From NCBI GenBank assembly GCA_965214095.1, contig OZ243938.1, positions 5,024,001 to 5,088,000 of the forward strand: 64,000 nucleotides of DNA, read 5' to 3'. This document shows positions 40,879 through 52,640 of this stretch, piece after piece. The stretch comes from Candidatus Poribacteria bacterium. Its GTDB lineage: Bacteria > Poribacteria > WGA-4E > WGA-3G. The notes beneath the pieces are model-generated. The model saw nothing but the letters and a program-made list of their open reading frames with translations. It was not told where the DNA came from and did no database searches. The position numbers and the translations under genes were made by a program. Position 1 is the first letter of the stretch. Every line of letters begins with the position of its first letter.

Positions 40879-41424
40879 ATGCCAAACAAAACACATACCA
40901 CAGCCGTTGTCCTCATCCCACCGCAAGAAATACAACCCCCTATCCAAGCCATACGTGAAGTGCATGATCGCAACTATGTGCGATGGATGCCGCACATAAC
41001 ATTGCTCTATCCATTTGCACCACAGCAAGAATTCCAAGATATAATCCCATCACTTGCAGAAGCTGCACAACAGACAGATTCGTTTTCTATATCATTTGAA
41101 TCATTTGATGCATTTAAACATCGTAAATCGAGTACACTTTTCCTTGTCCCCGAACCAAAAGACGCAATCGTGGATTTGCACAGAACATTGACACAACAAC
41201 TGCCTGACTACGACGACACCGCAAGGTTCCCAAGTGGATTCAATCCTCATCTATCTGTTGGGCAATTTGCACACGGATTACTTGACCATGCACAACAGAA
41301 ATTACAGAATGAGTGGAAACCAATACAATACCAAGTTGAATCCCTATCACTTATCTATAGGTCAGCAGAAACGAATGATAGGTTTGTCGTAGCCGAAACC
41401 TTTACCTTCAGCAAAGGAGTTTAG
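40879..41424 (+). CDS. 2H phosphoesterase (2'-5' RNA ligase family)
   Basis: Two HxT/S motifs: PHITL, PHLSV. Confidence 0.85.
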   Translation: MPNKTHTTAVVLIPPQEIQPPIQAIREVHDRNYVRWMPHITLLYPFAPQQEFQDIIPSLAEAAQQTDSFSISFESFDAFKHRKSSTLFLVPEPKDAIVDLHRTLTQQLPDYDDTARFPSGFNPHLSVGQFAHGLLDHAQQKLQNEWKPIQYQVESLSLIYRSAETNDRFVVAETFTFSKGV

Positions 41425-41426
41425 AA

Positions 41427-42596
41427 ATGAACAAAAAATATATGATCTTTTCCATCTTAACCTCAATTTTAGTCTTAGGTTTTTCTCTATCAGGTTGCGA
41501 AAGGCTCAAACAGGTAACTACACCTGAAACTACTCCTACGATTAAAATTGGTATCATCCAACCATCAGGTTACTACACCAGTTTTGCCAAGGGTGCACAA
41601 CTTGCTCAAACCCAAATCAATAATAGCGAAGGCATTTTGGGAATGGAGATTGAATTACTCATCAAGGATAATCAAGAAGCACGTCCAGTTCCAAATGCTG
41701 AAGAGAGTGTCAAGATTGCAAAAACATTGATTCAACAGGAAGATGTTCTTGCCATACTCGGTCCCATTTTCTCGAACAATTCCATCCAAGTTGCCCCTGT
41801 AGTACAACAACTTGAACGGCCTATGATTTCCGGTTCTGCTGGTAATGATGTGACCTCAGCAGGCGATTTTATCTTTCTCGTCGTTCCACCAACTTCCGTT
41901 CAAGCCGGAGCAACTGCTGAATTCGCTTATGATATATCCGAACTCGGCGCGAAAACTGCAGCGACCATATTTCATAGCGACAGTGAATATACCGAGACAC
42001 TTGCACAAGCCTTTGAAACTCACTTCCAAGAACTCGGTGGGAAAATCGTAGCAAGCGAAACCTATCAAATTGGCGATCAGAAATTTGACACACAATTAAC
42101 AAATGTCCAAGCTGCATCGCCTGATGTTCTATATATAGCAGGTGTGTTACCGGATGTTCTCTTTGTAACCGCACAAGCCAGAGAAATGGGTATTGAAGCG
42201 ACCTTCCTTGGAACCGGTAGTTGGGACGAACCTCAGAAACTATTCTCCATTTTAGATAACAATGAACCTTTAGAAGGAAGTTACTTCGCATCTAATTTTA
42301 GTCCAGAATTACAACATACTGAAAAGTTTGTTAATGCTTATGAGAGTATGTTTAACGAAAAACCCGACAGTACTGCAGCGTCAGGATACGACGCTATGTC
42401 AATTTTAGCGAATGCAATTGAAAAAGCACAAACGCTCAATCCCATAGCAATTCGTGATGCATTAGCAAATATTACTGACTATCAAGGTGCATCCACCATA
42501 TTACACTTTGATGAGAACAGACATCCGGTCAAAAGCCTGTCGCTCCACACAATACGCGATGAACAGATCGTTCTCTATAAAGTGATTGATCCGTAG
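41427..42596 (+). CDS. Branched-chain amino-acid-type ABC substrate-binding lipoprotein (LivJ/K family)
   Basis: Lipobox LSGC; ILGPIFS, DFDTQLT-like, AASGYDA; no permease genes nearby. Confidence 0.9.
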   Translation: MNKKYMIFSILTSILVLGFSLSGCERLKQVTTPETTPTIKIGIIQPSGYYTSFAKGAQLAQTQINNSEGILGMEIELLIKDNQEARPVPNAEESVKIAKTLIQQEDVLAILGPIFSNNSIQVAPVVQQLERPMISGSAGNDVTSAGDFIFLVVPPTSVQAGATAEFAYDISELGAKTAATIFHSDSEYTETLAQAFETHFQELGGKIVASETYQIGDQKFDTQLTNVQAASPDVLYIAGVLPDVLFVTAQAREMGIEATFLGTGSWDEPQKLFSILDNNEPLEGSYFASNFSPELQHTEKFVNAYESMFNEKPDSTAASGYDAMSILANAIEKAQTLNPIAIRDALANITDYQGASTILHFDENRHPVKSLSLHTIRDEQIVLYKVIDP

Positions 42597-42749
42597 TCCT
42601 ACGTATCTTCTCCGCATCAAATAGACCTAAATTGTCCAGTTACTTAGTTAATCTACAAGGTGCTCTACCCCAATAGACCAGAGATTTTACTTGACGCACA
42701 TCTAACTCTCCATTAGAATTGAGAAAAAACACATCTCTACCAGCTTAAC

Positions 42750-44249
42750 ATGTCAAGTTCTACACATATACTCTCAATAGATCAAGGAACAACAGGATCA
42801 ACCATACTCCTTGTAGATACACAAGGCAACATCGTATCACAATCATATCAGGTATTCACTCAACATTATCCGAAACCAGGATGGGTAGAACATGACCCTG
42901 ATGAGATTTGGAGTGCTACACAAAGTGCTATCGTTGAAGTGCTAAATTCCTTGGAAAATAAGAAGAGTATTGCCGCAATTGGTATCACTAATCAACGTGA
43001 AACCACTGTCGTATGGAATCGAAAGACAGGGAAACCTATTCACCCAGCAATTGTGTGGCAATGCAGAAGGACAGCAGATGTCTGTGAAAATCTCAATGCT
43101 CAAAAGGGTGTTGCATCACAAGTAAAAGCAAAAACTGGACTTGTGATTGATCCTTATTTTTCAGGCACAAAGGTAGCGTGGATCCTTGACAACATCAGTG
43201 GTGCGAGAGAAAAAGCAGAACGTGGTGAACTCGCTTTCGGAACTATTGATACTTGGTTGCTATGGAAGCTGACAAATGGCACCGTCCATAAAACTGATTA
43301 CACAAACGCATCACGAACGTTACTATTTAACATAGAAACCCTTGCTTGGGATGAAGATCTTTTAGATATTTTTAATGTTCCGAAGCCTATTTTACCTGAA
43401 GTTAAGCCATCGGCATGCAACTTTGGAAATGCTAAAATCGCACTATTAGACGGAATTCCCATTGCTGGGATTGCGGGTGATCAACAATCTGCGTTGTTCG
43501 GTCAATTATGTTGGCAACCTGGGATGGTGAAAAACACTTATGGCACAGGGTGTTTCCTGATGCTAAATACCGGTACAGATAGAGTTGAATCCAATTCAGG
43601 TCTATTAACGACATTAGCTTGTAGTTTAGATGAGAAACCAGTCTATGCATTGGAAGGTAGTGTGTTTATTGCTGGGGCAGCAATACAGTGGCTCAGAGAT
43701 GAACTACAAATAATAGAATCTGCTGATGAGACAGAAGGGATTGCGAACCGTGTGAACGATTCAGCAGGTGTCATCGTTGTACCAGCATTTACTGGACTCG
43801 GTGCCCCATATTGGGACGCTGAGGTACGAGGTGCTATCTTTGGATTAACACGAGGGACAAACCGTGAACATATCGTTCGTGCTACACTGGAATCCATTGC
43901 ATATCAGACTGCTGATGTAGTCTCTGCTATGGCAGTAGATGCGGGGACTCCGCTCAAGAAGTTACGTGTAGACGGTGGTGCTGTGGCTAACAATTTCTTG
44001 ATGCAGTTTCAAGCGGATATATTAGGTATAGACGTGGAACGACCTACACAAATTGAGACAACGGGTCTCGGTGCTGCTTACCTTGCTGGAATCACTGCGG
44101 GTGTATGGCAAGACATTGATAAGCTTGAGTTACACCGAGAAATTGATCGTGTGTTTTCACCTCAGATGGATCCTACACAACGTCAAGAGAAACTTGCACA
44201 CTGGTGTAACACAATACAAAGGTTGAGCAATGCTGCACACGGAGAATAG
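42750..44249 (+). CDS. glpK: Glycerol kinase
   Basis: [48 protein letters not shown]. Confidence 0.97.
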   Translation: MSSSTHILSIDQGTTGSTILLVDTQGNIVSQSYQVFTQHYPKPGWVEHDPDEIWSATQSAIVEVLNSLENKKSIAAIGITNQRETTVVWNRKTGKPIHPAIVWQCRRTADVCENLNAQKGVASQVKAKTGLVIDPYFSGTKVAWILDNISGAREKAERGELAFGTIDTWLLWKLTNGTVHKTDYTNASRTLLFNIETLAWDEDLLDIFNVPKPILPEVKPSACNFGNAKIALLDGIPIAGIAGDQQSALFGQLCWQPGMVKNTYGTGCFLMLNTGTDRVESNSGLLTTLACSLDEKPVYALEGSVFIAGAAIQWLRDELQIIESADETEGIANRVNDSAGVIVVPAFTGLGAPYWDAEVRGAIFGLTRGTNREHIVRATLESIAYQTADVVSAMAVDAGTPLKKLRVDGGAVANNFLMQFQADILGIDVERPTQIETTGLGAAYLAGITAGVWQDIDKLELHREIDRVFSPQMDPTQRQEKLAHWCNTIQRLSNAAHGE

Positions 44250-44251
44250 CG

Positions 44252-46075
44252 ATGCGTCTCCAGTGGAAATACTCTTTGATAATAAACTTGACAGTTATTG
44301 CTGTCCTTGTCGCTTTCTATTTCTTTGACAGTTATAGGTTGCGGAAAGAGATGAGTGCACTTCACGCAGTCGGAGTAGAACAAGGTACAGCCATAAAACT
44401 AATTGCTGAGAACACTATTCTCAATCCAATTGTTGATGAAATTACTGCGTCACAAGCATTTAATCCAGACCGTATTGATCAAGTGATCAATAGACTCAAA
44501 GATGAAAACCCAGATATGAAGGATGTATTGAATGTGGAAGTCACATTAGGTGATTCGCGTGTGCGTGCCAGTTTATTATCACGCGTAATCCCAACACATA
44601 TACATTTAGGAGAGGAACACTTTCTTGAGATTGATACAAAAGGAGCAATCACCGATACGATTGAGGAGAAAAACGTTACATATATCATTTTACCATATAC
44701 AATTCCACCGAAGAAGTTAGAACCTACGCATCTGGAAGCTCAAAAATCGATGAAAGTTGAAGACATTCCGATGGAATTCTGGCAAATGTTTTTGTCTCAA
44801 GATGTTGTTTTGCCACCTGATACATCCGTACAAATTGAGGGAATCCAATCTGAATTACAAGACCAAATTGATCTTCTTAATCAAGGCAAGTTCTCATTCA
44901 AACTATGGCGGATGTTCTTCGCAAACCAGATATATTTATCTCCTGATGCTTCGGTGAATATAGATCTGAAAAACAACCGATGGCAAATTTCAGATTCAGT
45001 GAATAAGCACATGTATGATTTTTGGCTTGAGGATGACACCTTCTGGATTCACATGTCAAACGTCAATACTGGCTATATACGAGTGCTATACGATGTGCCA
45101 TCTATTGCAAAATCTATACGTTCATCCCTGTTAATGCACGCAATTTTCATCGTCATTGTCGGTATATTGTTGGTGGTACTGTTTGATTTGATGACGAATA
45201 AACTGATTATTAAACCGCTTGCACGCATGACAGAAATCATCCAAAATGCTGAAACTGGAAATCTTTCATCCTACTTAAGACGAAATTATGCATCAGACGA
45301 GATTAGCAAGGCTACTCGTAATTTAGTGCGAATGTTTATCCAACTGAAAACATCTCATTCAAGAAAAATAGCAGCACTGGGACAATTCGCCGGGGGTGTC
45401 GCACATGAAATACGGAATCCGCTTAATTCTATCGGAATGACCGCACAACATCTTAAATCAATTTTTTCACAACCCGATGTCAAACCAGAAGATATTGAGG
45501 AAGCCAGAGAATTATTAGACATTGTTGATGAGAAAATAGGAGAATTAAAGCAAACTTCAGAACAATTTTTGACGCTCAATCGTCCACGAAAACTTGATCT
45601 AACAACGGTAAATCTAAATCAACTCTTAGATTCCGTCTTATCCGAATTCACACTGATTTCGGAAGGGTCTAACGTCCAAATCAACAAGATATACAACGAT
45701 GAACTCCCAGATTTGCAATTAGATGAAATGTTGATGCGTCAGACGATATTTAACTTCGTGCAAAACTGCATTCAGGCAATGCCGAAAGGTGGAAGTATTT
45801 ATCTCACCACATCCGTTGAAGAGATAAATGGAGCGACTTATGTTTCACTTGAAATACGAGATACAGGTATCGGCATTCCAGAAGAGTATCAGGAACGGAT
45901 TTACGATGCGTATTTCACCACTAAAGACGAAGACGGCGGAATAGGTCTTGGACTTGCAATTTCACATCAGATAATCACCGCTCATCAAGGTAAGGTTGAA
46001 CTCAGGAGCAAAATCGGTATGGGAACTGCGTTTAAAATAACTTTTCCTGTCAAAAAAACAGCGATTGAACAATAA
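44252..46075 (+). CDS. Membrane sensor histidine kinase (HAMP-HisKA-HATPase)
   Basis: Two TMs, AHEIRNPL, NCIQAM, DTGIGI, FTTK, GIGLGL. Confidence 0.95.
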   Translation: MRLQWKYSLIINLTVIAVLVAFYFFDSYRLRKEMSALHAVGVEQGTAIKLIAENTILNPIVDEITASQAFNPDRIDQVINRLKDENPDMKDVLNVEVTLGDSRVRASLLSRVIPTHIHLGEEHFLEIDTKGAITDTIEEKNVTYIILPYTIPPKKLEPTHLEAQKSMKVEDIPMEFWQMFLSQDVVLPPDTSVQIEGIQSELQDQIDLLNQGKFSFKLWRMFFANQIYLSPDASVNIDLKNNRWQISDSVNKHMYDFWLEDDTFWIHMSNVNTGYIRVLYDVPSIAKSIRSSLLMHAIFIVIVGILLVVLFDLMTNKLIIKPLARMTEIIQNAETGNLSSYLRRNYASDEISKATRNLVRMFIQLKTSHSRKIAALGQFAGGVAHEIRNPLNSIGMTAQHLKSIFSQPDVKPEDIEEARELLDIVDEKIGELKQTSEQFLTLNRPRKLDLTTVNLNQLLDSVLSEFTLISEGSNVQINKIYNDELPDLQLDEMLMRQTIFNFVQNCIQAMPKGGSIYLTTSVEEINGATYVSLEIRDTGIGIPEEYQERIYDAYFTTKDEDGGIGLGLAISHQIITAHQGKVELRSKIGMGTAFKITFPVKKTAIEQ

Positions 46076-46092
46076 ATTTGGAGATAATAGAC

Positions 46093-47487
46093 ATGCCATC
46101 AATACTGATTGTAGACGATGACAAAGCACAACTCACCATTCTGCAACGAATCTTACAACGCGAAGGGTACGATGTTGATACGGTAGAAGATAGCACATCA
46201 GCACTTGAAAAAATAAAGGAACAGATGTTTGATGTCGTCATCAGCGACATGTGGATGTCCTCACGATTTGAGGGACGCGACCTGCTACGAGAAATAAAAA
46301 AGGTTGATCCTGCGTTACCTGTCTTGATTATCACGGCTTATGCAGAATTGAACGATGCAGTCAATCTCGTCGCTCATGAAGGGGCATTCTACTACCTCGA
46401 AAAACCGATTGATGATATTAATGTGTTGAAACGTGAGGTTAATCGCGCCTTGCAAACTCGCGGTGCCTTTGCTGAAGGTGAACCTAATACGGATGACAAG
46501 ATATCAGTGATTGATGTAGACTATATTGTAGGGGAAAGCGATAAGATGCAACAACTCTTCAAGAATATGTCTCGTGTCATTCACCGAGGGGTTAGACAAG
46601 TGCTCATCACAGGTGAGACAGGTAGTGGGAAAAGCCTTGTTGCGCGCGCACTTCACGAATTTGGAAATCGCAAAGATAAACCTTTTGTGTCTATTAATTG
46701 TGGTGCCATTGCAGAAACCTTAATTGAGAGTGAACTATTTGGACATGAAAAAGGAGCATTTACTGATGCAGTTCAGCAGAAGAAAGGTATCTTTGAAATT
46801 GCGGATACTGGCACGTTATTCCTTGATGAAATCGGAGATATTTCCGTTCAAATGCAAAGCACACTGCTGCATGTATTAGAAAAACATGAGATACGGAGAA
46901 TTGGTGGTAGTCAGACTATAAATGTTGATGTGTGCGTCATCGCCGCAACCAATAAAAACCTTGTGGAAGCAGTGAAAGACGGCACTTTTCGTTCTGATCT
47001 CTACTTCAGATTGAACGTTATTCCGCTTCATCTGTCACCGCTTCGTGAACGCGTTGAGGACATTCCGATTCTCGTGAATTACTTAATACAAAAGTTTAGC
47101 AATGAGTATGTGGATGCAGAACCGAAACAGGTCTCACAACGTGCAATGTCTGCTCTATGCCGATATGATTGGCCAGGAAACGTGCGACAATTGGAAAACT
47201 ATCTGCATCGTATCTATGTTCTCTCCGAAAACGCTTCTATTGACTTAGATCAACTCCCTCCTGAAATAATAGATACTTCGCTTCCCACCACAGATTTTGA
47301 CATTGACATTCCAGAGAGTGGTGTTTCCTTGGAAGAGATTATCAAGGAATATGTGAGTGCTGCCTTGACAAAAACGAATGGCACACAAACCAAAGCAGCG
47401 GAATTGTTAGGTATCTCGCGCCGTCAACTTCAGCATCGTATGCAGAGTTATGGATTGCAGAGTCAAGATTTTAAAGGTGAGGAATAG
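46093..47487 (+). CDS. sigma54-dependent response regulator (NtrC family: REC-AAA+-Fis HTH)
   Basis: VDDD, GETGSGKS, ESELFGHEKGAFTDA, LFLDEIG, WPGNVRQL, AAELLGISRR. Confidence 0.95.
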   Translation: MPSILIVDDDKAQLTILQRILQREGYDVDTVEDSTSALEKIKEQMFDVVISDMWMSSRFEGRDLLREIKKVDPALPVLIITAYAELNDAVNLVAHEGAFYYLEKPIDDINVLKREVNRALQTRGAFAEGEPNTDDKISVIDVDYIVGESDKMQQLFKNMSRVIHRGVRQVLITGETGSGKSLVARALHEFGNRKDKPFVSINCGAIAETLIESELFGHEKGAFTDAVQQKKGIFEIADTGTLFLDEIGDISVQMQSTLLHVLEKHEIRRIGGSQTINVDVCVIAATNKNLVEAVKDGTFRSDLYFRLNVIPLHLSPLRERVEDIPILVNYLIQKFSNEYVDAEPKQVSQRAMSALCRYDWPGNVRQLENYLHRIYVLSENASIDLDQLPPEIIDTSLPTTDFDIDIPESGVSLEEIIKEYVSAALTKTNGTQTKAAELLGISRRQLQHRMQSYGLQSQDFKGEE

Positions 47488-47493
47488 GTTTAG

Positions 47494-47937
47494 TTAGTAA
47501 CGCTGTAGGTTTTGATCAATCTCATTTGCCCACCGATCAATTCCACCGACAACACTCAGCACAGACTTGAATCCAAGTTGTTGTAGCAGATATGCGGCAT
47601 CCAAACTCCGCATGCCGTGATGACAATAAACAACGATTCCATCTATTGGTGAGAGTTCACCAAACCGCTTCGGTAGTTCTCCGAGAGGAATAGACACTGC
47701 ACCCTCAATATGCACGAGTTGATACTCCCATTCTTCCCTGACATCAAGTAACACAAAATCCCTGCCTGAATCAATCATATATTTTAACTCATTGGGGTGA
47801 ATGGTGTATTCTTCAGGATCGTAGGGAAAGATAGCCTCTTCTACGCTGGGTGCTGCTTTCGGCAATGCTCCGTTACGTGAGGCAATGCGGAGGGAATCCC
47901 AGATTTTATACAACATTTCTCTGATACGTCTAAACAT
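47494..47937 (-). CDS. Rhodanese-domain protein
   Basis: LLDVRE..E, CHHGMRS, GGIDRW. Confidence 0.9.
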   Translation of the reverse strand: MFRRIREMLYKIWDSLRIASRNGALPKAAPSVEEAIFPYDPEEYTIHPNELKYMIDSGRDFVLLDVREEWEYQLVHIEGAVSIPLGELPKRFGELSPIDGIVVYCHHGMRSLDAAYLLQQLGFKSVLSVVGGIDRWANEIDQNLQRY

Positions 47938-47965
47938 GTCCTGTTCTCATCCAAAATGCAAATAC

Positions 47966-49990
47966 CTAAAATGTAACTGTTATACCTAAAGTTGGAACGA
48001 TAGGAAATAGCGGTTCTTCTTCAATAACACAATCTGTAATGGTATCTGTTTCCTCATCTCGCTCTTCACCGAAAGCGTATTGATCAACATTGGTGTGATT
48101 ATATAAATTCAAGACTTGAAAATACCATGTGAGTGTCCATCGTCTATAGGGACTCCGTTTTGTTATCCGAAAATCAAGACTGTGATAAGATGGTAATCGT
48201 TCCGTATGTGTTTCACCAAATAGTCGGTTACAAGCAATAATGGTATTGCCATCATCTGAAAGCACATTCTTGTGTTCCAAAGGTGTTCTTGGATCCCCTG
48301 TATGGAAACGCCAACTGAAATAGAGATGCCACGTTGAGGTGATCTGTTGACTGCAGCTCAAAAAGATGGAGTGCCTTCGATCATACTGTCGATAGATGGT
48401 CTGGTCTTCAGATGTTTCTTCTGCAATACCGTAAGCATATCCAAGTCCCCATGTCAACCGAGATGAGACTGCTTGTGTAGCGAAGATGTCAAATCCTTTT
48501 GCCTCCGCTGATTCAGCGGGGGTAAAAATCTGCAATTGTCGTCCGAATTCTCTTAATCTGCCTACCAGGTTGTCATATTTCTTGTAGTAGCCTTCAAGTC
48601 GAATGAGGAAATTGTTTTTGAGACTATATTCCCCACCGAGAATGTAATGAGTTGCTTGTTCTGCACGTCCAACGGTCTGAATATCATCTTCCACAGGAAT
48701 AGACATCATGTCAACAGGTTGGTGATAAAGACCCCACGCTGCTCGTAGGATAAGGTTATCCATTGGACGGAATGCGAGTGCAACGCGTGGACCAATCTCG
48801 TAGTTTTGAATATCCGAATCCCTATAGTTTTGAACAACATAACGTCCACCTAAGTTGACAGCAAGTTTCGGATGAATCTGCCACTCATCTTGTAGAAACA
48901 ACTTGACATCACTCCCACTATCGTCAATGTCAGCGAGTATTGGGTCGCTATAGTTGTTAATTCCCGCCCTTCTCTCTCGGACAAAGTAATCGTATTGTGC
49001 TGCTAACCAACGCCACTCTATACCGCTACGGAATGTATGTTTATCCCAAACGTTTGCGGTTAGTTCTGCTTTTGTTCCAACAAAACGGAAATCACGGATA
49101 TCACGATTTGCTTCACCAGACATCCTGTCTCGACTTGAAGTACCACCGAATACATAAACATCTGTCAGGTATGAAGTTCCAAATGCATGCCGCCACTTCA
49201 ACCACACCGTTGAATTGTTATACAGCGAATCCAAGTTGTTATCAACATCATCAATGCGTATCAGATTCTTATCCCATCCGTATATACCGTTTAACGTGAG
49301 TGTATCTGCTTCTGATAACTGATAAGTCATTTTTCCGTAGACATCAGCATATTGCGGTTTGTAGTTTTCGTCAATATCCATCAGTGCGAGAATTATGTCA
49401 ATGTATCCACGTCTTGCTGAGAGTAGCCATCCACCTTTATCTGTAAGAGGACCTTCCATCATTGCAGTTGCGTTTATTAGGTCTATGCCAAAGTTCGCAG
49501 ATACCTTTTTGGAATTTGGCATCTTTGTTGTAATATCAAACACACCGGACATTTTCTGTCCGTATTCTGCTGGGAATCCGCCCATCAGTAGATCTGCGCG
49601 GTGGATTAGGCCGAGTCCAATCAACGAAATAGCACCCCCGAAATCCTGCAGATGATACGGATCATAGAGTTCCATGCCATCCAACCTAACAGCGACACCG
49701 TCCTTTTCACCGCCTCTCACGCTGAAACGCGCGCTATAATCGCTTGCCATCACTCCCGGTAAATTATGTCCTGACCGCATTATATCGTTGTCAACTAACG
49801 GGAATCTTTCTATTTCTTGTTTTGAAAGAGAGAGTTGTGGTGTGGGACCGTCATATATCGTAAAACGTCCCGGCGTGACAACAATTGGATCCAGTTCAAT
49901 CGGTTTCTGGTTCTCTTGGGCATGCACCCAAAGAAAACTTGTGATATGTATAAAGAGGATAAGGAAAACGAGACATTTGATGGTGGACAT
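47966..49990 (-). CDS. TonB-dependent receptor
   Basis: LDPIVVT, FSVRGG, GGFPAEYG, RLPSYHSLD, LNLYN, terminal VTF. Confidence 0.9.
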   Translation of the reverse strand: MSTIKCLVFLILFIHITSFLWVHAQENQKPIELDPIVVTPGRFTIYDGPTPQLSLSKQEIERFPLVDNDIMRSGHNLPGVMASDYSARFSVRGGEKDGVAVRLDGMELYDPYHLQDFGGAISLIGLGLIHRADLLMGGFPAEYGQKMSGVFDITTKMPNSKKVSANFGIDLINATAMMEGPLTDKGGWLLSARRGYIDIILALMDIDENYKPQYADVYGKMTYQLSEADTLTLNGIYGWDKNLIRIDDVDNNLDSLYNNSTVWLKWRHAFGTSYLTDVYVFGGTSSRDRMSGEANRDIRDFRFVGTKAELTANVWDKHTFRSGIEWRWLAAQYDYFVRERRAGINNYSDPILADIDDSGSDVKLFLQDEWQIHPKLAVNLGGRYVVQNYRDSDIQNYEIGPRVALAFRPMDNLILRAAWGLYHQPVDMMSIPVEDDIQTVGRAEQATHYILGGEYSLKNNFLIRLEGYYKKYDNLVGRLREFGRQLQIFTPAESAEAKGFDIFATQAVSSRLTWGLGYAYGIAEETSEDQTIYRQYDRRHSIFLSCSQQITSTWHLYFSWRFHTGDPRTPLEHKNVLSDDGNTIIACNRLFGETHTERLPSYHSLDFRITKRSPYRRWTLTWYFQVLNLYNHTNVDQYAFGEERDEETDTITDCVIEEEPLFPIVPTLGITVTF

Positions 49991-50138
49991 CTTGTAACCT
50001 AACTATCAGAAATGAAGACATGCGAATTATAACATTCTTTTGAGTGAGAGTCAATGAATTAGGTGTTAGGACTGGCTATTTAGTTTTAGGATTTTGGTGG
50101 TTCAGACAAAAGGGAACAAAAGTACCCACATACAATAA

Positions 50139-50252
50139 TCAGTCGGTAGATTTTGTCAAAAACTCAACACATTCCATGTCAACTTTATGGTCTGCATTGT
50201 CAATCTCAGTCCCAACGAGTCTATCTTCTGCATCATAATCAAGTAGGATACC
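50139..50252 (-). pseudogene. DUF2283-like C-terminal fragment
   Basis: Manual translation GILLDYDAEDRLVGTEIDNADHKVD...; preceded in frame by TAG, no start codon. Confidence 0.55.
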
Positions 50253-50312
50253 CTAACCAGCTGGAAACAGGAAGCGGGACCATGTGTCTCCATGATTGAA
50301 GCATACCGTGAA

Positions 50313-50642
50313 CTAAACAGCAACCACCCGCTGCTGTCCTTCTCTATTCTCTGAAGGAATAATCCGGATCTCAATATCGCGATTCAACTGATTAAGAAAC
50401 CTCATCAATTGCTCAACGTTGTAGTCAGAAAGTTTAGCGGCTTTAAGGCGAGAAACTTCAGTGTTTTTAATGCCAAGGAGTTTCGCAGCCTCGACCTGAG
50501 TGAGTTTTCGTTCCTTCAGAATTCGGAAAATCTCAGCTCCCAACTGAGCTTTTAGCAGTTCTTTCTCCGAGACCTCATCAGAAAAACCCAAATCCTTGAA
50601 GATATTCCCGCTGCCTTCTTCAACTTTAATGTTACTGCTCAT
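50313..50642 (-). CDS. XRE-family HTH antitoxin (HigA-like)
   Basis: GSGNIFKDLG, LTQVEAAKLLG...VSRL; downstream of toxin. Confidence 0.9.
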   Translation of the reverse strand: MSSNIKVEEGSGNIFKDLGFSDEVSEKELLKAQLGAEIFRILKERKLTQVEAAKLLGIKNTEVSRLKAAKLSDYNVEQLMRFLNQLNRDIEIRIIPSENREGQQRVVAV

Positions 50643-51001
50643 AATTCTTTCTCCATCTCCTTAGCTCGTCTTAATCTTCGTTTAATCAAGTCAATATCCT
50701 TCTTTGGGGTTCTAATTCCACGTTTTGATTTCTTTTGAAAACAGTGCAGTACATACATGCTTCGACCAATTTTAACCGAGTAAACGACTCGGTAAGTATC
50801 CGTAGCGTAGGTATCGACAAGTTCAAACACTCCAGATTCTATACCCTTCATGGGTTTTGCCGATGGCGGGGTCTCGCCAATTTGTACACGATACAAAGCG
50901 TGTCCAATATCCTTACGCACCTGCTCCGGGAAAGCCTGTAACCTTTCTTTTGAATCACCAACCCACTGAACGTTTCTGGGGGTTGTTATCTCATGTTCCA
51001 T
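50639..51001 (-). CDS. RelE/HigB-like (Gp49-type) toxin
   Basis: AKPMKG...GVFEL...TYRVVY...YVLHCFQKKS...TPK.DIDLIK.R. Confidence 0.9.
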   Translation of the reverse strand: MEHEITTPRNVQWVGDSKERLQAFPEQVRKDIGHALYRVQIGETPPSAKPMKGIESGVFELVDTYATDTYRVVYSVKIGRSMYVLHCFQKKSKRGIRTPKKDIDLIKRRLRRAKEMEKEL

Positions 51002-51063
51002 ATCCTATTGTAACGCATTAACTTATATTTTTGCAAGTCCAAAGTTATCAAATGGTTAATAGG

Positions 51064-51211
51064 GTGTGTATAGTTTTTGGCTAATATCTCGTTATCCATT
51101 GTTGTACAAGGTCTCTGTGTCCTACCATCTGACAATTACACAACAACGGCAGGGCACAGAGCCCCTGCACTATAATAAGTAGTCCGAAATTAATGCCAAA
51201 ACTATACACAC
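51064..51211. mobile_element. MITE-like element (TIR GTGTGTATAGTTTT(T)GGC) enclosing a degenerate REP doublet
   Basis: gtgtgtatagtttttggc / gccaaaactatacacac; internal gtacaaggtctctgtgtcctacc ... ggcagggcacagagcccctgcac. Confidence 0.7.
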
Positions 51212-51216
51212 TATCT

Positions 51217-52530
<1,314 letters not shown>

Positions 52531-52640
52531 TCAAGCGGGTAGACACTGTTTATTGTTGAAAGAAATAATCTCCGTTATTTCTGATATTTAAGAATATAAA
52601 TCGGGTTGGAAACCCCTGCTACAATAGACAGGGCATGGAT

